Assembly: GCA_048938895.1 (NCBI GenBank)
Contig: JBHLLU010000029.1
Location: 1 to 52,183 of the forward strand
Reading direction: 5' to 3'
DNA: 52,183 bases
Source: Promethearchaeota archaeon
GTDB taxonomy: Archaea > Asgardarchaeota > Lokiarchaeia > Sigyniarchaeales > SOKP01
Shown here: piece by piece, positions 29,448 to 40,041 of the stretch
How positions within the stretch are numbered: position 1 is the stretch's first letter
Layout of the letters: each line of letters begins with the position of its first letter
Program-made: the position numbers and the translations under genes
The notes under the pieces: generated by a model
What the model saw: the letters and a program-made list of their open reading frames with translations, nothing else
Database searches by the model: none
Told to the model about the DNA's origin: nothing

Positions 29448-31094
29448 ATGACTAAATTTTCAATGGATACCCATCAAATGAGTATGATTGGGTCCAGAAC
29501 AAGGGTTGAGGATTCTTGTGAATCTGGTTTATGCCCAATTTGTGTTGCAGATTGTCCTGTTTTTTGTGAAGTCTCAAAATCAGCCCTTAGAGGCCGTGAG
29601 GTTTTATATCCAAGAAGAGAGTTTTTTGGAAATTCTACAGCGGGAACTCCTAAAGATTTTGGATTCTCATACAGCGATTTTCAAATTCAATTTGAATGTC
29701 GTGGTGCTCAAGGAATCGAAGCTCATGAGGACAAGGTAATCTTCCCAAATGTTAATATCGAGACAAAATGGGGAAATATTAATCAAAAATATCCAATAGT
29801 AATTGCAGGTTTAGGGAGTACATATGTTGCAAAGCGAAATTGGGATGGTTTAGCAATGGGGGCTGCCTTAGCAGGGATCAGTATAACTGTTGGTGAAAAT
29901 GTAGTTGGAATGGATCCTCATTCAAAATTTGCCAATCACGCTCTATATCCAAAAGTTATTGATACTGAAGATATGAAATATAGAGTTAATACATATAGGG
30001 AGTTTTGGGACGGCCAACATGGAGATATTATAGTTCAAAAGAATGTAGAAGATACAAGATTAGGTGTTTTTGATTATGTCATGTCCAGCCTAGAAGTGAG
30101 TTCACTTGAAATAAAATTTGGGCAAGGAGCAAAAGCTATAGGAGGTGAAGTTCGATTAGAATCTTTAGAGCGAGCTCAATTGCTACAAGAACGGGGTTAT
30201 CTAGTTTTCCCTGATCCATCGGATCCCGTGATTATTGAACAGTGGAAAGCAGGTTTTATTCCAGACTTTGAAAGACACAGTAGAGTTGGTTTATCTTCAA
30301 CTGAAGATGTATTAGAAGAGATTGATCAAATTCGAGCAAAAGGAGCAAAAAATGTATTTATTAAAACAGGAGCATATCGCCCAGCTGCGACTGCTTGGAT
30401 TCTTAGATTAGGTATTGAAGGAAAAATAGATGGAATGACTTTTGATGGTGCAGGAGGAGGAACTGGTATGAGTCCTGTTAGCATGATGAATGAAGGTTCA
30501 ATTCCTACAGCATATTTAGAAGCTCTTGTTGTTGGATGTCTTGACATGATTAAGAAGAAAAGCCCAAACGCAACAATACCATCAATTGCAATTGCAGGTG
30601 GTATTGCAAATGAAACTCAGATCTTTAAAGCCCTTTCTATGGGTGCTCCTTATATTAACTGTATCGCGATGGCGAGAGCTCCAATCACTGCTGCTATGAA
30701 AGGGAAATATATTAGTGAAGTTATTGAGAAAAAGGAAGCGACTCCTGCGATTTTAAGAAATCTAGGATTTCCTAAAGATAAAGATCCAAAAAGCTTAACT
30801 TTAAACGAAGCCTTTGTCGAGTACGACAATTTACACAGAATTTATAACGGAAATAGAATTCCACCTTCTGCAATTGGAGTTTATACATATTTTGCTAGTA
30901 AACTTGGGATTGGATTGAAACAGTTATTGGCAGGAGTAAGAAAATTTAGATTAAATTTAATTAATCGTGAGGATATAGCTTATATTTCTCAAAGAGCCAA
31001 GGATGTCTGTGAACAATGGGATCTAGGAATTAAATCTCAAGAATCTCTAGATTTTGAGTTAGTTAAAAAGGAAATTTATTCTGGAAATTACTGA
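29448..31094 (+). CDS. FMN-binding glutamate synthase family protein (second, divergent GltB2-like)
   Basis: CPICVADCPVFC, EIKFGQGAKAIGGE, KTGAY, DGAGGGTGMSP. Confidence 0.88.
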   Translation: MTKFSMDTHQMSMIGSRTRVEDSCESGLCPICVADCPVFCEVSKSALRGREVLYPRREFFGNSTAGTPKDFGFSYSDFQIQFECRGAQGIEAHEDKVIFPNVNIETKWGNINQKYPIVIAGLGSTYVAKRNWDGLAMGAALAGISITVGENVVGMDPHSKFANHALYPKVIDTEDMKYRVNTYREFWDGQHGDIIVQKNVEDTRLGVFDYVMSSLEVSSLEIKFGQGAKAIGGEVRLESLERAQLLQERGYLVFPDPSDPVIIEQWKAGFIPDFERHSRVGLSSTEDVLEEIDQIRAKGAKNVFIKTGAYRPAATAWILRLGIEGKIDGMTFDGAGGGTGMSPVSMMNEGSIPTAYLEALVVGCLDMIKKKSPNATIPSIAIAGGIANETQIFKALSMGAPYINCIAMARAPITAAMKGKYISEVIEKKEATPAILRNLGFPKDKDPKSLTLNEAFVEYDNLHRIYNGNRIPPSAIGVYTYFASKLGIGLKQLLAGVRKFRLNLINREDIAYISQRAKDVCEQWDLGIKSQESLDFELVKKEIYSGNY

Positions 31095-31129
31095 AAACAA
31101 GAAAAGTTAAAGATATTTTTGTAAACAGC

Positions 31130-32920
31130 TTAATTCATAAGTGATTCTAGCTGGTTCACAAAATCTTCATATTGTTTTATTCCCAAATCCCAAAAATCTT
31201 GTTTTGTAATATCTAATCCCACGATATTTCCAAGCTCTTCAGGAGAAACACTACCTCCCGCAGCAAGAAGTTTCTTAAATTTTCGTACAAATTCTTTTCC
31301 TTCTTTTTTATAAGTTTGATAAAGAGCATACACAAATAGTTGAGCATAGACATAAGGATAATTATAGAAACGAAAATTCGGAATGTAATAATGAGGTTTC
31401 ATAGTCCATTCCCAATCCATTTCTTCAAACCATTCTACTGAATCTCCATAGATTCTGTCTCTACCGGCACACCAATATTTTGAAATAGTGTTTCCATCTA
31501 GATTTTCACTATTTTCAATAGCTTTATAGAGATCTTGTTCAAACCAAACTCTTGCACTAACTTGGAAAGCCGCTTGTCCTGCATCATCTAGAACATGTGC
31601 TAAAATCGACATTTTTTCTTCTTTTGATTCTGATGTTTCAAGTAGTAGATCTGTTGCTAGTAATTCCCCAAATGTGGAAGCAACTTCAGCTACTGTATAC
31701 CCTGGATGGAAATTTGAGTAAGTTTGTGCCTCAATAGCCAAATAATCATGAATTGCATGGCCTAATTCATGGATAAGGGTGAATATCTCGTTTAATTCCC
31801 CTGTGTAAGTCATAAGAATATATGCAGATTTTCCTTTATACCATCCTGCACAGTTTGCCCCATTTCTTTTACCTTTTCTAGGACTTGCGTCGATGTGATT
31901 ACGAGTAAACATATCTTTCACGATATTACTAAATTCTATGTCAAATCTATCATATGATTGAATCGCAATTTCTTTAGCCTGATCCCAAGAGTAGTTCTTA
32001 TGTGGGGCTATAGGTAAAGGTGCCCGAACATCAGCACAACTCAATTTTGGAAGGTCTAGAATTCTTGCTTTAAGATTTAAATATTTACGATATACTCCTA
32101 CTCCATTTTCAATTGATTTCATTAAATTATCAATAATTTCTTGAGTTGTATCATTTACCAGCAAACTGTCATGCATTGGACTGTCATAATTTCGTCTTTT
32201 AGAATTATTAACCCAATCCCCACATACACTTCTTAATGCTGAAGAAAATACAATTTCTTCCCTCCCGAGTAAGCCATAAATAGATTTATTAGCAGAAATT
32301 CTTGTGTTTCTATCTGGATGGGTAAGTAAAGCATTTGCTTCACCATAAGATAATTCTTTTTCTTCACCTTCCACAATTACTCTGATCTTTCTCGTATTTA
32401 ACCATTTTGATTGTAGATTACTCCATGCTCTAACTCCATATTGATCTTTTTCTAGAGTTATTTGTTCTTCAATTTCAGATAAATAATGCGGATATGCTCT
32501 TAAAATTTTCTCTAAATTATGTTTATAGTTAGAAAGTTTTATATTATTTGCAATGTCTTTATTCTCACTCACAAATTTTGCAATATCTAGTTCTAAAAAT
32601 GCCAGATCTTTTGATAATTTGGTAGTAAAATCTTCAATGCGATTCTTTAAAGCTTCATGATCAGGAATGGTCATATTTGCACTATATAATCTATTCTTAT
32701 AGAGATCTAATTCACCCACATCTGCCTGAAATTTTTCTTGTTTTATAAATAACTCTAAAAGTTTATCAGGGGTAAATTCTGTCGAATTTATTTTCCCTTT
32801 GTATTTCTCAATAAATTCTTTAGCGTTCTTAGCAAGATTATCCATACTTTCATTTATTTTAGGATCATCATGACCAGAGAACATTTCTGTTAAATCCCAT
32901 GCAATTTCTTTTTCAGTCAT
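31130..32920 (-). CDS. M3B oligoendopeptidase F
   Basis: N-terminal WDL, HELGHAIH, AEVASTFGE, HYY..FYNYPY. Confidence 0.93.
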   Translation of the reverse strand: MTEKEIAWDLTEMFSGHDDPKINESMDNLAKNAKEFIEKYKGKINSTEFTPDKLLELFIKQEKFQADVGELDLYKNRLYSANMTIPDHEALKNRIEDFTTKLSKDLAFLELDIAKFVSENKDIANNIKLSNYKHNLEKILRAYPHYLSEIEEQITLEKDQYGVRAWSNLQSKWLNTRKIRVIVEGEEKELSYGEANALLTHPDRNTRISANKSIYGLLGREEIVFSSALRSVCGDWVNNSKRRNYDSPMHDSLLVNDTTQEIIDNLMKSIENGVGVYRKYLNLKARILDLPKLSCADVRAPLPIAPHKNYSWDQAKEIAIQSYDRFDIEFSNIVKDMFTRNHIDASPRKGKRNGANCAGWYKGKSAYILMTYTGELNEIFTLIHELGHAIHDYLAIEAQTYSNFHPGYTVAEVASTFGELLATDLLLETSESKEEKMSILAHVLDDAGQAAFQVSARVWFEQDLYKAIENSENLDGNTISKYWCAGRDRIYGDSVEWFEEMDWEWTMKPHYYIPNFRFYNYPYVYAQLFVYALYQTYKKEGKEFVRKFKKLLAAGGSVSPEELGNIVGLDITKQDFWDLGIKQYEDFVNQLESLMN

Positions 32921-32995
32921 TATAATCAATGTGTTTAAAATTAGAAAAAATAAAAACCTTTACCTCTGCATTTTAATCTGTTATAGCTAAGTTTT

Positions 32996-34555
32996 TTATT
33001 CATATTCTATGGTTCCCGGTGGTTTATTTGTAACATCATAAACTACTCGATTTATTCCCTTAACTTCATTAATTATTCGAGAGCTTATTCTTTCTAACAG
33101 ATCCCATTCTAACTTAGCAAAATTTGCTGTCATAAAATCGATTGATTCGACAGCTCTAATTGCACAAATATATTCATAAGTACGAAAATCTCCCATCACA
33201 CCAACAGTCTTTAGGGGTAAGAATACACAAAAAACTTGTGATAAATCGTTATAAATACCTGCTTTCCTAATCTCATCAATTAAAATCTCATCTGCCCCCC
33301 TTAAAATATCAAGCTTCGCTTTATTTACAGGACCAACAATTCTTACTGCTAATCCCGGTCCTGGGAATGGGTGTCTTAAGATGATTTCATTTGGTATGCC
33401 AAGTTTAATACCAATTCTTCTAACTTCATCTTTATATAAATCCTTGAGAGGTTCAATAACTTCTAACTTCATTTTTTCAGGTAAAGTCACATTATGATGT
33501 GATTTGATTCTTGCAGAAGCTTTACTTGTGGCGCTGGTTTCAACACGATCAGGATAAATTGTCCCTTGAGCAAAAAATCTTATATTAGGCTCTGTCTTTT
33601 CAAGTTCAATCATTTTTCTTTCAAATACATCAATAAAAGTATGACCAATGATTCTACGTTTCTCTTCAGGGTCCTCAACATTTTCAAGTTTGCTCAAAAA
33701 TAATTCTTCAGCGTCTACATAGTGAAAATTCTTGAACTTTAATTGATTTTTAAAAGTCTCTTGTACTTCTATCTCTTCATTTTTTCTTAGCAATCCATTA
33801 TTAACGAAAACACAATGAAGTCGATCACCAATAGCCTTATGAAGTAGCATAGCTACTACTGAAGAATCCACTCCCCCACTAAGACCTAATATAACTTTGT
33901 CATTTTCTCCTACTTTTTCTATAATTTCATAAATAAGTTTATCAATTAATCCTTCAACTTTCCATTGTTTTTTACATTGAGCTATTTTAAAAATAAAATT
34001 TTCCAAAATTTTATTTCCATTAGGAGTATTTACCACTTCAGGATGAAACTGAACACCATATAATGATTCACGTTCATTTGCATAAGCCGCAATGGGACAA
34101 GTTTCTGTTTTAGCTAATACTTCAAATCCTTCTGGTAAGGTGGTCACTTGATCCCCATGAGACATCCACACAATTTCTTCTTTGTCCAATGAGTCAAAAA
34201 TAAGGTCTTTTTTAAGAATCGAAATGATAGTTTTACCATATTCCTTTTTTTCCTTAAATTGTACTTTTCCTCCAAGAGCATCAATTATCAAGTGATGTCC
34301 ATAACAAATTCCTAATACAGGGATTGTTTTTCCTTTTATAAATTTAAAAAATTTATTATTTAACCTAGGGTCATCTTTTTCATATATGCTTCCAGGTCCA
34401 CCAGATAATATAAAAGCTTTGGGATCCTTAGTTCTAAGCTTTTCTATATCCACGTCATAGGGCAAAATTTCAGAATAGACACCAAAATCTCTTATACGCC
34501 TAGTTATTAGGTGTGCATACTGTCCACCAAAATCTAAAACAATAACAGTATCCAT
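32996..34555 (-). CDS. guaA: GMP synthase (glutamine-hydrolysing), fused
   Basis: LDFGGQY, GICYG, QFHPEV, LSGGVDSSV, HPFPGPGL, KPPGTIEYE. Confidence 0.97.
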   Translation of the reverse strand: MDTVIVLDFGGQYAHLITRRIRDFGVYSEILPYDVDIEKLRTKDPKAFILSGGPGSIYEKDDPRLNNKFFKFIKGKTIPVLGICYGHHLIIDALGGKVQFKEKKEYGKTIISILKKDLIFDSLDKEEIVWMSHGDQVTTLPEGFEVLAKTETCPIAAYANERESLYGVQFHPEVVNTPNGNKILENFIFKIAQCKKQWKVEGLIDKLIYEIIEKVGENDKVILGLSGGVDSSVVAMLLHKAIGDRLHCVFVNNGLLRKNEEIEVQETFKNQLKFKNFHYVDAEELFLSKLENVEDPEEKRRIIGHTFIDVFERKMIELEKTEPNIRFFAQGTIYPDRVETSATSKASARIKSHHNVTLPEKMKLEVIEPLKDLYKDEVRRIGIKLGIPNEIILRHPFPGPGLAVRIVGPVNKAKLDILRGADEILIDEIRKAGIYNDLSQVFCVFLPLKTVGVMGDFRTYEYICAIRAVESIDFMTANFAKLEWDLLERISSRIINEVKGINRVVYDVTNKPPGTIEYE

Positions 34556-34689
34556 GATTCGAAAATATTAAAATTACATTAAAATTTATTTAATATTTAA
34601 TAAGTTCATTAATCAAATTAATTTTTCTGAATAATAGCAGATTTTTTTTGTCTAAAATCATTAAATATATAGAATAATAGAAAGCTTTA

Positions 34690-34703
34690 GGGAAAGATTT
34701 CCC
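34690..34703. promoter_or_regulatory. Operator candidate GGGAAAGATTTCCC
   Basis: GGGAAA/TTTCCC inverted repeat in the guaA-nfnA divergent region. Confidence 0.5.
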
Positions 34704-34801
34704 ATATTCTGAGTATTTTAGGATATATTTTTTTTAGACGGAAATATTCTCCAATTAAACGAAAAAAATAATATATATGATTAAGTAAATAGTGTGTAAA
34801 A

Positions 34802-35677
34802 GTGCCATATAAAATATTAAACATGAACTCTCTTGGAACTAGTGATACATTATTCGAAATGGAAATTCAAGCTCCTCTTATCGCTAAAAAAGCCAGAGCA
34901 GGTAATTTTGTTTTAATAAGAATTAACGAAAAAGGAGAAAGAATCCCTCTTACTATAGCGGATTATGATAAACTAAAAGGTACTATTACACTAGTAGTTC
35001 AAAAAGTTGGTAAATCAACATTACTTCTCTCTCACCAGAAAAAAGATGATTATATACTAGATGTCGTAGGCCCACTAGGAAATGAAATTCATGTTCAAAA
35101 GTATGAACATCCTATTATAATCATAGGTGGGGGTGTTGGAATTGCACCATGTTACCCACAAGCCAAAGAACTCAAAGAAGTTGGTAATTCTATTATCACG
35201 ATACTAGGTGCAAGGAATAAAGATCTAATATTTTGGCGTGAGAAGATAGCGACCATAAGTGATAGATTAATTATTACTACTAACGATGGTTCAGATGGAA
35301 TTAAGGGATTTGTCACAGAACCACTTCGAGAAATCATTCAAAATGAACTGATAAGTTTAGTAATAGCAATTGGGCCATTAATTATGATGAAAAATGTTGC
35401 TTTACTCACTAGTGGTATTGAAGAACTCCCAAGGATTAAAACATCTGTATCTTTGAATACTATCATGATAGATGGTACAGGTATGTGCGGGGGATGCCGA
35501 TTTCCCTCAAAAGATGGGCAAATAAGGTTTGCATGTGTAGAAGGTCCAGATGTTGATGCTCACCTAGTAGATTTTGATGTGCTTCTAAACCGAGAAAAAA
35601 GATTTACTGAATTTGAAAAGACATCTCTTGAATTATATAAAAAAGAATGTAGACATTTAGAAGAAAAACAGATTTAA
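34802..35677 (+). CDS. nfnA: NfnA/SudB-type FAD/NAD-binding [2Fe-2S] subunit
   Basis: ERIPLTIAD, GPLG, GGGVGIAP, DGTGMCGGCR...CVEGP. Confidence 0.85.
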   Translation: MPYKILNMNSLGTSDTLFEMEIQAPLIAKKARAGNFVLIRINEKGERIPLTIADYDKLKGTITLVVQKVGKSTLLLSHQKKDDYILDVVGPLGNEIHVQKYEHPIIIIGGGVGIAPCYPQAKELKEVGNSIITILGARNKDLIFWREKIATISDRLIITTNDGSDGIKGFVTEPLREIIQNELISLVIAIGPLIMMKNVALLTSGIEELPRIKTSVSLNTIMIDGTGMCGGCRFPSKDGQIRFACVEGPDVDAHLVDFDVLLNREKRFTEFEKTSLELYKKECRHLEEKQI

Positions 35678-35685
35678 ATAAAATC

Positions 35686-37080
35686 ATGAGTAAAATTCCA
35701 CCAAGACACAAGATGAGGGAGCAAGAAGCTTCATCTAGAGTTAAAAATTTTGAGGAAGTGGCATTTGGTTTCACAACAGAAATGGCTCTTAAAGAAGCTG
35801 AGAGATGTCTGCAATGTGCTGATCCTAAATGTATTGAAGGATGCCCTGTAAACATAGATATTCCTGAATTTATTAAACTAATAAAAGAACATGATTTTTC
35901 TGGTGCCATTCGTAGTGTTAAAGAATACAATATATTACCAGCAATCTGTGGAAGAGTATGTCCCCAAGAAATCCAATGTGAACAAGCCTGTATTTTAAGT
36001 AAAAAATCTGATCCTATAGCCATTGGGACGCTTGAAAGATTTGTAGCTGACTGGGAAAGAAAGAATCAATTGAAAGAATGCCCAGAGTGTCAAGCCCCAA
36101 ATTCCATAAAAGTTGCTATAATAGGTTCAGGTCCATCAGGTCTTACATGTGCTGCGGATCTTGCAAGGTTTGGATATGAGGTTACTATATTTGAAGCGCT
36201 TCACGCAGGTGGGGGTGTTTTAATCTATGGGATTCCCGAATTTAGACTTCCAAAAGAAATTGTCAAAGATGAAATTGACACTTTGAATATGTTGGGAGTG
36301 AAAATAGAGTATAATAAAATTATTGGAAAAACCTTAACTATTGATGATTTAAAGGATATGGGATTTAAAGCTTTTTTCATTGGTGTTGGTGCTGGATTAC
36401 CTTCAATGAGAATGATTCCTGGAATAAATTTAAATGGAGTACTTACTGCAAATGAATTTCTTACTAGAACTAATTTAATGAAAGCTTATAAATTTCCAGA
36501 ATATGATACACCTATTAAAATTGGGAAGGTTATTGTTGTTGTTGGCGGTGGAAATACAGCTTTAGATTCAGCAAGGGTTGCTTTAAGACTAGGTGCAAAA
36601 AAAGTTATCATTGTCTATAGACGAGGTGAAACAGAAATGCCAGCAAGACAAGAGGAGTATCATCATGCGATTGAGGAGGGAGTAGAATTTGAATTCTTGA
36701 GTAACCCTGTAAGAATTTTAGGAGATGAAGCGGGGAATGTTGAAAGAATTGAAGTAATTCGTATGCAACTTGGAGAACCTGATGAATCCGGAAGAAGAAG
36801 ACCAATTCCACTCGAAAATTCAGAGTTCTTGATTGAGTGTGACACAGTTATTTTAGCAATAGGGACAAACGCAAATAGAATTTTAACACATTCTATTCCA
36901 GAACTAATGACAGATAATTGGGGATATATAGTTACAGATGATAATGGCAAAACTAATCTTAAAGGAATTTATGCTGGTGGGGATATTGTATTAGGTTCTG
37001 CTACAGTAATTAGTGCGATGGGCGCTGGTAGGAAAGCTGCTAATGCTATAAATGAATATTTAAAATCTAAATTTCAATAA
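35686..37080 (+). CDS. nfnB: NfnB/SudA (GltD-like) flavoprotein
   Basis: RCLQC..PKC..GCP, CGRVCPQEIQC, GSGPSG, YGIPEFRLP, GGGNTALD, AGGD. Confidence 0.85.
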   Translation: MSKIPPRHKMREQEASSRVKNFEEVAFGFTTEMALKEAERCLQCADPKCIEGCPVNIDIPEFIKLIKEHDFSGAIRSVKEYNILPAICGRVCPQEIQCEQACILSKKSDPIAIGTLERFVADWERKNQLKECPECQAPNSIKVAIIGSGPSGLTCAADLARFGYEVTIFEALHAGGGVLIYGIPEFRLPKEIVKDEIDTLNMLGVKIEYNKIIGKTLTIDDLKDMGFKAFFIGVGAGLPSMRMIPGINLNGVLTANEFLTRTNLMKAYKFPEYDTPIKIGKVIVVVGGGNTALDSARVALRLGAKKVIIVYRRGETEMPARQEEYHHAIEEGVEFEFLSNPVRILGDEAGNVERIEVIRMQLGEPDESGRRRPIPLENSEFLIECDTVILAIGTNANRILTHSIPELMTDNWGYIVTDDNGKTNLKGIYAGGDIVLGSATVISAMGAGRKAANAINEYLKSKFQ

Positions 37081-37274
37081 CCACTCAATTTTTTTCCCTA
37101 AACATTCCCACAGCAAACACAGCAAACTTTTATTGCTAGGCTTATATTATTAAATTAATATTCAAATAAAATAAAAAAAAATACAAGTTCATTCAGAATA
37201 CTTCTTTTTCCAAACTATAAAATTGAAAAAAATTCATTCTGAGTATAGTAAAACTTACAATAAAATTGATTGAA

Positions 37275-38525
37275 ATGAGTGAGAACTTAGATCCTTTTAC
37301 AATTGCTCAACAGCAACTATATGATGCTTGTAAAATAGTAGGATATGATCAAGAATTATATGATGCTCTTTCAGAACCAGAAAGATTCGTTCAAATTAAA
37401 ATAACAATGAAGATGGATGATGGTTCTCTTAAAACTTTCCGAGGTTTCAGAAGTCAATATAATTCTGCAAGAGGTCCAATGAAAGGTGGGATTAGGTGGC
37501 ATCCAGATGAATCAGCATCTTTAGTAAAAGCTTTATCTGCATGGATGACTTGGAAGACTGCTTGCGTTGATATTCCATTAGGAGGTGCGAAAGGAGGAAT
37601 TATCTGCAACCCAAAGGAAATGAGTAACAGAGAAATAGAAACTTTGGCAAGAAACTATATCAGAACTCTAGCAGATTTTATTGGACCTAATATTGATGTT
37701 CCTGCCCCAGATGTATATACAAATCCCCAAATAATGGCTTATATGCAAGATGAGTATGAAAAGATAGTACGTCACCATGCACCATCAGTTATTACTGGAA
37801 AACCTCTGCCTTTGGGAGGTAGTGCAGGAAGGTCTATCGCAACCGCTAAAGGAGGAGTATATACTATAAGAGAAGCGGCAAAAGATCTTAATTTAAACTT
37901 AAATGGTGCAAAAGTGGTTGTTCAAGGATACGGTAATGCGGGATCTTGGGCTGCAAAAATATTAAACGACGATTTTGGGTGCAAAATAATTGCTGTATCA
38001 GATTCTAAAGGAGGTATTTATAACAAAGATGGAATTGATCCTTACATCGCTGGTGAGCACAAAGAAAAAACTATGTCTGTTGTAGGGACTAAAAACACAA
38101 AGGAAATTTCCAATGAAGAATTACTCGAATTAGAATGTGACGTTTTAATACCCGCAGCATTAGAAAATGTTATAACAAGCAAGAATGCAGATAACATTAA
38201 CACGAAAATCATAGCAGAACTTGCGAATGGTCCTACTACCCCAGATGCAGATGTTACACTGTTTGAAAAAGGAGTGCTTGTTATTCCTGATTTCCTATGT
38301 AATGCTGGAGGAGTGACAGTTTCATATTTTGAAATGGTCCAAGGATATTATCGATACTTCTGGACTGAAAGTGAAGTTTTTGAAGCATTAGATAGAGTTA
38401 TGACTAGAGCCTACAATTCTACAAAAAAACAATCAGAAATATTCAATACCCATAATAGAATGGGAGCATATATTATTTCAATCGAACGTGTAATATCCGC
38501 AATGAAACTTCGAGGATGGATTTAA
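37275..38525 (+). CDS. gdhA: Glutamate dehydrogenase
   Basis: KGGIRWHP, GGAKGG, DVPAPD, QGYGNAG, ELANGP, NAGGVTVSYFE. Confidence 0.95.
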   Translation: MSENLDPFTIAQQQLYDACKIVGYDQELYDALSEPERFVQIKITMKMDDGSLKTFRGFRSQYNSARGPMKGGIRWHPDESASLVKALSAWMTWKTACVDIPLGGAKGGIICNPKEMSNREIETLARNYIRTLADFIGPNIDVPAPDVYTNPQIMAYMQDEYEKIVRHHAPSVITGKPLPLGGSAGRSIATAKGGVYTIREAAKDLNLNLNGAKVVVQGYGNAGSWAAKILNDDFGCKIIAVSDSKGGIYNKDGIDPYIAGEHKEKTMSVVGTKNTKEISNEELLELECDVLIPAALENVITSKNADNINTKIIAELANGPTTPDADVTLFEKGVLVIPDFLCNAGGVTVSYFEMVQGYYRYFWTESEVFEALDRVMTRAYNSTKKQSEIFNTHNRMGAYIISIERVISAMKLRGWI

Positions 38526-38554
38526 TTTAAGAATATCTTTCTTTTTTATTCCTT

Positions 38555-39859
38555 TTATCCAAATATGGGTATAATTATCAATAATGAAATCATCGCAATT
38601 CCAATATGAATAAAAGCGAATAATGCTCCCATTTTTAACAAACGTTTATAATTTAGATTATCAACACCTGAATCTCTAGCTATTTTTAAAGTCATCATAT
38701 CCGCCGCTGCACCTTGAGGAATGAAATTTCCCCCAAGATTTATACCTATTATAAATGCAAAAAGAATTGGAACAGGGGAAAACCCATGTATATTAGGATC
38801 TATTAATGTCTCAACAATAGGTATAAAAATTAGAGCTGTTGGTGTATTTGCGACAATTCCAGATATAAAACTTACTATAATAAGGAGTAGAAACGATAGT
38901 AAGAATGGATTTATTTTTTCAAATGGTATTATACTAAAAATCTCAGCAAACCCTGCTTCAATTAAACATCCGACTACAACATACAAAGAAATGAAAAAAA
39001 ATATGATCTCCCATTCAATATCTCTTAAAAGATCACTCATAGATTTTTTTGTGTAATTTTTATTAACTAAAACTAAAACTAGTGCAGAAATAGCAGCAGT
39101 TAAGTACAGTATTGGGAGGACACCAAATAGTATTATGGTTATTATAATTGCAATACTATTAAAATAGAACATTTTTTTATTTTTTACCATTATGTCTGTA
39201 TCTATCAAATCTATTACAAATTTTTTCTGTAAGTCTTCTATTTTGGGCTCTTTCCTTAACCAATAGCGATCAAGTAAGAAAATGGTCGCAAAGACTAATA
39301 GAAACGAGAAGATCCAATAATTTTGAATGAAATACAAGGTGTCTAGATTAAACGCTGTGCTAATAATAATATTTTCTCCACTTGAAAATGGTGTAATAAT
39401 TGAACCAATGTTAATACAGATCGTCATCCCTAATAGATAAGTTCCTGATCTTATCTTTAGAAAATGGCAGAGTCGTACTACTATGGGTGCTAGAATTAAA
39501 ACCACTACCATATCACTTATTATGGCAGCTAAGAAAATTGTAATTAAACAGAGTAACCAAAAAAAAATACGTTGGTTTCCTCGAGAGAATTTAAATAACT
39601 TAACTGCGACAAATTCTAAGATATTCGAATCCTGAGCTATTTTTGTAATAAGGCTCATGCTTAAAATAATAATAATTGCAGGCCATTCGATAAAAGATAT
39701 AAAATCACTAATATCTGTACCTCTTACTACAAATGTTACACTTGCAGCAATAAAGCAGCATAAAAGAGAAATTGCCACAAAATCTAGATTAGATTTAGAA
39801 TAACTAAAAATAATTAAAAAAAAAAAGACAAAAAGAATTATAAGAAGTACGAGATCCAT
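38555..39859 (-). CDS. ArsB/NhaD-family (ion transporter superfamily) permease
   Basis: About 12 hydrophobic segments; NIGSIITP, ANTP and NLGGN motifs. Confidence 0.82.
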   Translation of the reverse strand: MDLVLLIILFVFFFLIIFSYSKSNLDFVAISLLCCFIAASVTFVVRGTDISDFISFIEWPAIIIILSMSLITKIAQDSNILEFVAVKLFKFSRGNQRIFFWLLCLITIFLAAIISDMVVVLILAPIVVRLCHFLKIRSGTYLLGMTICINIGSIITPFSSGENIIISTAFNLDTLYFIQNYWIFSFLLVFATIFLLDRYWLRKEPKIEDLQKKFVIDLIDTDIMVKNKKMFYFNSIAIIITIILFGVLPILYLTAAISALVLVLVNKNYTKKSMSDLLRDIEWEIIFFFISLYVVVGCLIEAGFAEIFSIIPFEKINPFLLSFLLLIIVSFISGIVANTPTALIFIPIVETLIDPNIHGFSPVPILFAFIIGINLGGNFIPQGAAADMMTLKIARDSGVDNLNYKRLLKMGALFAFIHIGIAMISLLIIIPIFG

Positions 39860-40041
39860 TGTTTTATGACATTGTTTTCTACATATCTAATAATACATTT
39901 AATAAATTGCTTTTAATAAATCTATTTAATATAAAAACTATGTAACTTGGACAAGAAAAAGTGAAAAACCCTAAAGATTTATAGATTAACTCCTTTCTTA
40001 ATAATGAATAAAATGACATGGATTAATAAATAGAAGATAAA

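Noticed and set aside
31092-31130. TGA stop of the second GltB2-like gene as possible Sec
   Set aside because: Only a short extension to TAA and no copy of the RNA element nearby
35686-37080. Calling this gene the glutamate synthase small subunit gltD
   Set aside because: Paired with an nfnA/sudB-type gene and separate from the gltB operon, so NfnB is the better call
37109-37127. CACAGCAAA tandem duplication
   Set aside because: Two copies only, no functional evidence
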